This document shows positions 55,180 through 57,828 of a stretch of DNA of 57,828 bases, piece after piece. Numbering within the stretch: position 1 is the first letter of the stretch; every line of letters starts with the position of its first letter. Origin of the DNA: a virus (taxonomy: Duplodnaviria > Caudoviricetes); IMG/VR virus record IMGVR_UViG_3300049795_000023, positions 1 to 57,828 of that record; one strand, written 5' to 3'. Under the pieces are notes generated by a model. The model saw nothing but the letters and a program-made list of their open reading frames with translations, was not told the DNA's origin and made no database searches. The translations under genes and the position numbers were made by a program.

Positions 55180-55320
55180 ATGATCCGTCTTATCGTACTA
55201 ATCGCAGTAGTTGCAGCAGCTACCATCATCTGTCTTGACTACGCAACTGATGTGCAAGCTAACGCTTCCCGCACAACAGCATCTGCACTTAGCACTCGCA
55301 TGAATCAGGCCGGACTCTAA
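55180..55320 (+). CDS. 46-aa membrane-anchored peptide (not in ORF track)
   Basis: AGGAG RBS; MIRLIVLIAVVAAATIICL. Confidence 0.7.
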   Translation: MIRLIVLIAVVAAATIICLDYATDVQANASRTTASALSTRMNQAGL

Positions 55321-55415
55321 TCGTCAGATCCTACTGGCTTGCGCAACAAGCGTAAGCCAGTGCGATTTCCGCACACTGCCGCTCACATTGAGCGAAACAA
55401 TTAGGATTGACGAAA

Positions 55416-56489
55416 ATGGCACACGAACTAACGACCCGCGCAAATGGTCAGACCGAAATGGCCTTTGTTGGTGAGACACCCTGGCACGGCCTAGGCCAGC
55501 GGGTAACGCAAGGCGCGACAATCGAAGTCTGGGCACGCGAAGCCGGTCTGGACTGGACTGCCAAGCGCAGTGCAGTGCAATACCCGTTCGGCGACACAAT
55601 GCGCGAATTCGGTGACAAGCACGTGATTTATCGCTCTGACACCGGCGCCCCGCTCGCTACGGTATCGAAGGACTACAAACTGGTCCAGCCCCTGGAAGTC
55701 CTTGAATTCTTTCGCGATCTGACTGAAGCCGGTGACTGGCATATCCACACGGCTGGCACGATGCAAGGTGGTCGCCGCCTTTGGGCCTTAGCTTCAAATC
55801 ACACTGAAGGCTTAGTCGCCCCCGGCGATCGAGTGCGTGGCAATCTCCTACTCGCTACGTCCCTGGATGGGACAATGCGCACAATGGCCGCAATGACTAG
55901 CATAAGGGTCGTATGCGCTAACACGATGCGCACGGCATTTGCCGATGTAGGCGCATCTTCCACCGGCAAAGTTGCGAAAGGCACGAAAGGTGCCATCAGC
56001 GTATCGCATCGCTCAGAATTTGACGCGGCGAGCGTAAAGGAGCATCTAGGCGTAGCGCGTCAGTCCTTTGACCAGTTCATGAATCAGGCCCGCGAAATGG
56101 CTAATTCGGGAATCAGCAAGGCCGATGCCGTGGGAGTGCTTCGCGAGCTATTCGGCCAGCCGAAGCCGGTGGTTTCGAGTGTCGCGCCCGCACCTGCCCC
56201 ACAAATGTCTGACGCTTCAATTTTGGACATGGTACTTTCACAGCCGGTGGGGGAGCAACGCGAACACCGTAACATCCCAAAGGTCATGTCCCTTTTTGAG
56301 GGCGCAGGCCGTGGCGCAGATCATCCGGGTGCAGCAGGTACCAAATGGGGCTTGTTCAACGCTGTAACCGAATTCATCGACCATTCGGCAAGCCGCACGC
56401 AAGACACTAGGCTTACCTCGGCTTGGTTTGGCCAGGGGCACGAGCTAAAGGTTAAGGCACTCGAATTGCTTACGGTGGGAGCGCGTTGA
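55416..56489 (+). CDS. DUF932-family phage/plasmid protein
   Basis: MAHE..., ETPWHGLG, AGLDW, TAGT..GGR..WAL, LLATS.DG, IRVVCANT, TKWGLFNAVTE..DH, SAWFG.G. Confidence 0.9.
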   Translation: MAHELTTRANGQTEMAFVGETPWHGLGQRVTQGATIEVWAREAGLDWTAKRSAVQYPFGDTMREFGDKHVIYRSDTGAPLATVSKDYKLVQPLEVLEFFRDLTEAGDWHIHTAGTMQGGRRLWALASNHTEGLVAPGDRVRGNLLLATSLDGTMRTMAAMTSIRVVCANTMRTAFADVGASSTGKVAKGTKGAISVSHRSEFDAASVKEHLGVARQSFDQFMNQAREMANSGISKADAVGVLRELFGQPKPVVSSVAPAPAPQMSDASILDMVLSQPVGEQREHRNIPKVMSLFEGAGRGADHPGAAGTKWGLFNAVTEFIDHSASRTQDTRLTSAWFGQGHELKVKALELLTVGAR

Positions 56490-56803
56490 TCATGGCCTAT
56501 CTAGATAGCCGCGCGGTAGTCATCGTCAAATGGGTGTCAGCGACAAATACAAAGCCGAATCGTTATTCGGTGAAGATCCCACAGATACTGGATTCCACAA
56601 AGCTGTATTCGGCCGAAAGGCTGATGAATGATCCATTGGCACCAGAAAGCTTGCTGCACAGAGCGCAGTATTTCGCAGAATTGCGTATCAAGGAATTAGG
56701 ACTTCGCTGGACAATTGCAGCGCACACTACAGCACGGGGCAATTCGACAGATGGCATCCCAGTGGTAGGCTTTTCTACAGCATGCTCTCAGGTAACGACA
56801 TAA
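56486..56803 (+). CDS. hypothetical protein
   Basis: Operonic; I.VKW..ATNTKP.RY pattern. Confidence 0.65.
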   Translation: MIMAYLDSRAVVIVKWVSATNTKPNRYSVKIPQILDSTKLYSAERLMNDPLAPESLLHRAQYFAELRIKELGLRWTIAAHTTARGNSTDGIPVVGFSTACSQVTT

Positions 56804-56815
56804 TCTCGAAAGCCG

Positions 56816-57058
56816 ATGATGACGAATAAGCACGCACAGCAGATCGCCGATGACTCGCAAGTATTGTTGACCCAGGAACGCATATACGCATGCGCAGTAA
56901 GCCGCACAGCTTACTATCCGGCAATCAATGCAGACTTCAGCGCGTCCGGGTGTATCGACGCGCCCTCGTGGCTACCTAATGGCAATTTCGGCGCATGGCC
57001 TCACACTGGCATGCAGGTAGTGTGTAGAGACGAACTGCAAGGGGCCAACAATGCATAA
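56816..57058 (+). CDS. hypothetical protein
   Basis: Operonic. Confidence 0.55.
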   Translation: MMTNKHAQQIADDSQVLLTQERIYACAVSRTAYYPAINADFSASGCIDAPSWLPNGNFGAWPHTGMQVVCRDELQGANNA

Positions 57059-57221
57059 ATTCGCAAGGCCGATCAAATGGCGCGTAAGCTGGCAAGCTCA
57101 TGCGGACGGTACACCGGCCGGTCACTCGGACTTCGTACAGCGGCATAGTGCACGCGGCTTTTTGATGATTCGCAAAGCTAGCGGCTTCGTTTGCGAAATT
57201 ACACCTATCTGGGGCAATTGA
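57051..57221 (+). CDS. 56-aa hypothetical protein (not in ORF track)
   Basis: AAGGGG RBS; fills the gap between neighbours. Confidence 0.5.
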   Translation: MHKFARPIKWRVSWQAHADGTPAGHSDFVQRHSARGFLMIRKASGFVCEITPIWGN

Positions 57222-57222
57222 A

Positions 57223-57435
57223 ATGAACAAACTGCAAAATTGGAAAGTAAGCGTCAAAATAGCAGACGGCGATTGCACGTCAATCGAACCTGTAGCCGCT
57301 CGCAGTGCAGCGGGGGCCATCGCAAAGATTGCAGCAAGCCTAAGCGATGCCGAAGGCGCAGTAAGCGTATCTGCAACGCCAATTAAGCCGCTATCGCCGA
57401 ACTCATGGACTCGCCGAAGGCTGGCATCAAAATAG
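57223..57435 (+). CDS. hypothetical protein
   Basis: Last ORF before the terminators. Confidence 0.55.
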   Translation: MNKLQNWKVSVKIADGDCTSIEPVAARSAAGAIAKIAASLSDAEGAVSVSATPIKPLSPNSWTRRRLASK

Positions 57436-57443
57436 CCCAAGAC

Positions 57444-57486
57444 CAAAAAGCAAAATGCCCGACTAGTTCGGGCTTTTTGCTTTTTG
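57444..57486 (+). terminator. Rho-independent terminator
   Basis: CAAAAAGCAAAATGCCCGA-CTAGT-TCGGGCTTTTTGCTTTTTG. Confidence 0.8.
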
Positions 57487-57565
57487 TGGTCACGAAACGA
57501 CAATTGCCGATAGACACCTGACCGTCTGATTTTGCCGATGCGCTAGCCGCGCACCGAACTCGCCT

Positions 57566-57624
57566 AGGGGCTTCAGCTCCTCGCATTCCACCGGATGTGA
57601 GGAGCTGAAGCCCCTTTTGCTTTT
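57566..57624 (+). terminator. long hairpin terminator abutting the tandem array
   Basis: AGGGGCTTCAGCTCCTCGCAT...ATGTGAGGAGCTGAAGCCCCT then TTTGCTTTT. Confidence 0.8.
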
Positions 57625-57828
57625 CAGCGCCGGGCGCCAGCTGGCTGGAGTTCAGCGCCGGGCGCCAGCTGGCTGGAGTTCAGCGCCGGGCGCCAGCAGG
57701 ACAGCGCCGGGCGCCAGCTGGCTGGAGTTCAGCGCCGGGCGCCAGCAGGACAGCGCCGGGCGCCAGCTGGCTGGAGTTCAGCGCCGGGCGCCAGCAGGAC
57801 AGCGCCGGGCGCCAGCTGGCTGGAGTTC
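57625..57828. repeat. tandem repeat A-A-B-A-B-A-B-A; last 127 bp duplicate positions 1-127
   Basis: Read directly. Confidence 0.97.

Noticed and set aside
57625-57828. Tandem array as a CRISPR array
   Set aside because: Only two recurring short inter-core sequences, no unique spacers and no cas operon
1-57828. Lysogeny or plasmid-prophage module and tRNA genes
   Set aside because: No integrase, CI-type repressor with peptidase domain, ParA, protelomerase or cloverleaf recognised by eye; tRNAscan and HMM searches would be needed to exclude them formally

Overview
The window is an apparently complete ~57.7 kb tailed dsDNA phage genome (siphovirus-type), most likely of a proteobacterial host (Betaproteobacteria is my inference only). 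It is a circular assembly opened inside a tandem repeat: bases 1-127 equal bases 57702-57828. A lambda-type cos candidate lies at ~54145-54187, so the natural map would start there. The map has four blocks: (i) an early block 54.6-57.4 kb (+) with small ORFs and a DUF932-type gene; (ii) a leftward block 1.2-10.3 kb with a Mor/C-like activator, a primase-SF3 helicase and small ORFs; (iii) a rightward replication block 10.4-23.5 kb (DUF2800 nuclease, DUF2815 SSB-like, family-B-like DNA polymerase, LuxR-type HTH, 3'-5' exonuclease, VRR-NUC, MazG-like, SNF2 helicase); (iv) a leftward late block 54.0-23.6 kb (TerS, gpA-type TerL, gpW, portal, Clp-type protease, decoration, gpE capsid, tail, lambda-R-like endolysin). 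I recognise no integrase, CI-type repressor, ParA, protelomerase, tRNA, CRISPR array or reverse transcriptase. The most interesting observations are: a ~5 kb second appendage module between portal and protease that mirrors the tail-tip module (paralogous domain plus 14-aa-repeat scaffolds) next to a portal with a long repeat extension; a shared late-promoter motif (TAGTRRCTGACCGC-N20-TARAMT); Chi-like octamer arrays oriented towards one predicted genome end; a strongly over-represented GGCCAGGG octamer; two structured ncRNA candidates; and a PAPS-reductase-like cassette inserted precisely into a tail-gene junction. All family assignments come from motif recognition by eye, not database searches.
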